A DNA stretch of 6,376 nt from a virus. The notes under the pieces were generated by a model. It was not told where the DNA came from, ran no database searches, and saw only the letters and a list, made by a program, of their open reading frames with translations. Positions 4,370 to 6,376 of the stretch are shown piece after piece. Positions within the stretch are counted from its first letter, which is position 1. Every line of letters starts with the position of its first letter. Location: IMG/VR virus record IMGVR_UViG_3300045988_013671, positions 1-6,376 of that record. The stretch is one strand, 5' to 3'. Made by a program: the position numbers and the translations under genes.

Positions 4370-6223
4370 GTAGTTTGTTTTCTTATGGCGATATTAAAAA
4401 TACGCCTCGTCGCTCAGGTTTTGACCTGTCTAATAAGTGTGCATTTACTGCCAAGGTAGGTGAGCTTTTACCTACCTATTGGAAATTCTGTTTGCCTGGC
4501 GATAAGTTCCATATTTCGCAAGAATGGTTTGCACGTACACAGCCTGTCGACACTTCTGCGTTTACCCGTATTCGCGAGTATTACGAATGGTTTTTTGTGC
4601 CTCTTCACCTCCTTTATCGTAACAGTAACGAGGCGATTATGTCAATGGAAAATCAACCTAATTATGCGGCTTCTAGTTCTGCCTCTATTAGCTTTAATCG
4701 CAATTTGCCGTGGGTTGATTTGGCAACTATAAACACTGCTATCGGCAATGTCCAGTCTTCGCTTCGCCAAATAATTTTTTTGGTGTTCCTCGCTCAGAGG
4801 GTTTTAAAAAACTTGTTAGCTATTTGGGATATGGTGAAACTTCACCTGAAAAGTATGTTGACAATCTTCGTTGTAGCGCTTTTCCCCTTTACGCTTATCA
4901 GAAAATTTATCAGGATTATTACAGACAATCCCAATGGGAAAAGAGTAAACCTTGGACTTACAATTGTGACTTTTGGAACGGCGAGGATTCAACGCCTGTT
5001 GCTTCTACTGTTGAGTTGTTTACTCAGAATCCCAATGACTCGGTTTTTGAGCTTCGTTATGCCAACTGGAACAAAGATCTTTGGATGGGTTCTTTGCCGA
5101 ATAGTCAGTTTGGAGATGTTGCTGCTGTTAGTCTTGGTAGTCTTGATCCTTCTACTTTGAAAGTTGGTATTACTGGTACCGCTTTAGTTAAGGCAATATG
5201 CCAGTTGGCTACGGTGGTAAGGATGGTATGGGTATCCGTTCACAATCTCGTCTTTATAATCCTGTTGGTATTAATGACGCTCAACAAGTTACTACTGTAC
5301 AGGAGGAAGTTAATAATAAAGAAAATGGTTATCTTTTTGCTACCGGTACAGATACTTTTGGTCGTATTTCGAATGCTGCTAAGATAAACGGCTCTGAATT
5401 GTATGCACAGTTGTCAGGTCAATTGAATGCTCAATTTTCCGTTCTTCAGCTCCGTGCGGCCGAAGCTCTTCAGAAATGGAAAGAAATTGCTCAAGCGAAT
5501 GGTCAAAACTATGCTGCTCAGGTTAAGGCTCACTTTGGTGTTTCAACCAATCCTATGCAGTCGCATCGCTCTACGCGTATTTGCGGCTTCGACGGTTCTA
5601 TCGATATTTCGGCTGTGGAAAATACAAATCTTACGTCTGACGAGGCTATTATCCGTGGCAAAGGTTTAGGTGGTCAACGTATTAACGATCCGTCTAGCTT
5701 TACTTGTACAGAGCATGGTATTATTATGTGTATTTATCACGCTACACCGCTTTTGGATTACGTGCCTACCGGTCCTGATTTGCAGTTGATGGCTACTGTC
5801 AAAGGTGAATCTTTCCCTGTTCCTGAATTCGATTCTTTGGGTATGGAGTCTTTGCCTATGCTTTCGTTGGTGAATTCTAAGGCTATCGGTGACGTTGTTG
5901 CTCGTTCTTACGCTGGCTATGTCCCACGTTATATTAGCTGGAAAACTTCTATCGATGTTGTTCGTGGTGCTTTTACGGATACTTTGAAATCTTGGGTTGC
6001 TCCTGTCGATTCTGATTATATGCACGTATTTTTCGGTGACGTTGTGCCCGAAGGAGGTAGTCCAATACTTTCTTATACTTGGTTTAAGGTTAATCCCTCG
6101 GTGCTTAATCCTATTTTTGGCGTGGCTGTTGATGGTTCTTGGAATTCGGACCAGTTACTTTGCAATTGCCAGTTTAATGTGAAAGTAGCGCGGAATCTGT
6201 CTTATGATGGTATGCCATATTAG
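4366..6223 (+). CDS. Microviridae VP1 / major capsid protein (phiX F-like). About 619 aa if two -1 frame changes are allowed (near 4782 and near 5192); otherwise a disrupted gene
   Basis: The gene reads as three consecutive segments in three frames. Segment 1 (4366-4782) reads MSSLFSYGDIKNTPRRSGFDLSNKCAFTAKVGELLPTYWKFCLPGDKF...REYYEWFFVPLHLLYRN. Segment 2 (4782-5192) reads GVPRSEGFKKLVSYLGYG...FPLYAYQKIYQDYYRQSQWEK...ELRYANWNKDLWMGSLPNSQFGDVA. Segment 3 (5192-6223) reads GNMPVGYGG...FSVLQLRAAEALQKWKEIAQANGQNYAAQVKAHFGV...CIYHATPLLDY...FKVNPSVLNPIFGV and ends at TAG 6221-6223. These are the conserved blocks I recognise from microvirus F/VP1 proteins, and the NNT codon bias tracks the frame switches. 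Confidence 0.92.
4776..4782 (+). other. Candidate -1 recoding site T TTT TTG (within T7 run 4775-4781) in the capsid gene
   Basis: The 0-frame codons are att ttt ttg. Capsid-like sequence and NNT codon bias move to the -1 frame from ggt 4782 onward. A small hairpin cctc-gctca-gagg (4788-4800) lies 5 nt downstream. Confidence 0.45.
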
Positions 6224-6244
6224 TTAATTTAGTTATTTTAGTTA
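6222..6244 (+). repeat. 2.5 copies of a 9-nt tandem repeat (agttaattt / agttatttt / agtta) in the capsid-to-next-gene spacer
   Basis: Read directly from the sequence. The first unit overlaps the capsid TAG stop and the last unit ends on the A of ATG 6244. Confidence 0.7.
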
Positions 6245-6376
6245 TGAAAAAAGATGTTATTATTAGAGGTTTTGCACGTTATTCGTTAAATCGTGACAAT
6301 CAACTTCATAATTGTACTTGTCACGGTGTACATACTGCTGCTGTTGCTCTTTCTGGTGTGTTGAGAGAGCAATCTC
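6244..6376 (+). CDS. Hypothetical protein, 5' part. This is the true start of the junction-spanning gene and continues as 1-489 after circularisation
   Basis: ATG 6244 lies 20 nt after the capsid stop (TAG 6221-6223). The reading MKKDVIIRGFARYSLNRDNQLHNCTCHGVH... runs in frame into the repeat, and therefore into base 1 of the window. Confidence 0.8.
   Translation, partial: MKKDVIIRGFARYSLNRDNQLHNCTCHGVHTAAVALSGVLREQS
6250..6376. repeat. Terminal direct repeat, right copy (identical to 1-127)
   Basis: Same comparison as above, with offset exactly 6249 nt. Confidence 0.97.

Noticed and set aside
4783-5160. Long hydrophobic 0-frame tails after the frame-break sites (4783-5160 and 5193-5387), which look like membrane-anchored alternative C-termini.
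   Set aside because: After a -1 shift, the abandoned frame is exactly the stop-poor +1 frame. It places the T-rich third codon position at codon position 2, which gives Leu/Phe/Ile/Val-rich strings. The length and hydrophobicity are compositional by-products.
1074-6025. Minus-strand ORFs (1074-1367, 1364-1546, 1920-2129, 2987-3277, 3525-3830, 3748-4116, 5666-6025).
   Set aside because: All are antisense to strongly supported + strand genes, and their translations are low-complexity. Microviridae are transcribed from one strand only.
1-6376. Alternative genetic code or stop-codon reassignment as the explanation for the broken rep and capsid genes.
   Set aside because: The genes are interrupted by changes of reading frame, not by in-frame stops. 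TGA, TAA and TAG all act as terminators of intact genes here (VP2, rep and VP1 respectively).
1-6376. CRISPR arrays, transposases or integrases, and tRNA or rRNA genes.
   Set aside because: No spaced repeat array, no recombinase-like ORF and no RNA gene signature was seen. The only long repeat is the 127-nt terminal overlap.

Overview
The window holds one complete circular ssDNA phage genome of the family Microviridae. The unit length is 6249 nt, and bases 1-127 are identical to 6250-6376, so the contig ends overlap by 127 nt. All credible genes lie on the + strand. In order they are: a 164-aa hypothetical protein that wraps the circular junction (ATG 6244 to TGA 489); the VP2 DNA pilot protein (486-1583); a rho-independent terminator (1612-1643); a roughly 390-nt intergenic region with a GC-rich, hairpin-dense core (1651-1806); the VP4 rolling-circle replication initiator (1974-3607); a 54-aa ORF (3597-3761); an M15 zinc peptidase that is the likely endolysin (3763-4167); a 69-aa ORF (4160-4369); and the VP1 major capsid protein (4366-6223). 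Size, gene content, AT-rich NNT-biased codons and the lack of Shine-Dalgarno motifs fit an Alpavirinae-like microvirus of a Bacteroidota host, but that is inference only. The main anomaly is that both essential genes are broken by -1 frame changes, one in Rep and two in the capsid gene. Two of the three breaks fall exactly on the only two T7 runs in coding sequence (T TTT TTA at 2468-2474 and T TTT TTG at 4776-4782). This could be programmed recoding (ribosomal -1 frameshifting or transcriptional slippage), a one-base homopolymer undercall, or a defective genome. The sequence alone cannot decide between these. The second point of interest is the GC-rich structured island, which may be an ssDNA origin, an RNA element or an acquired segment.
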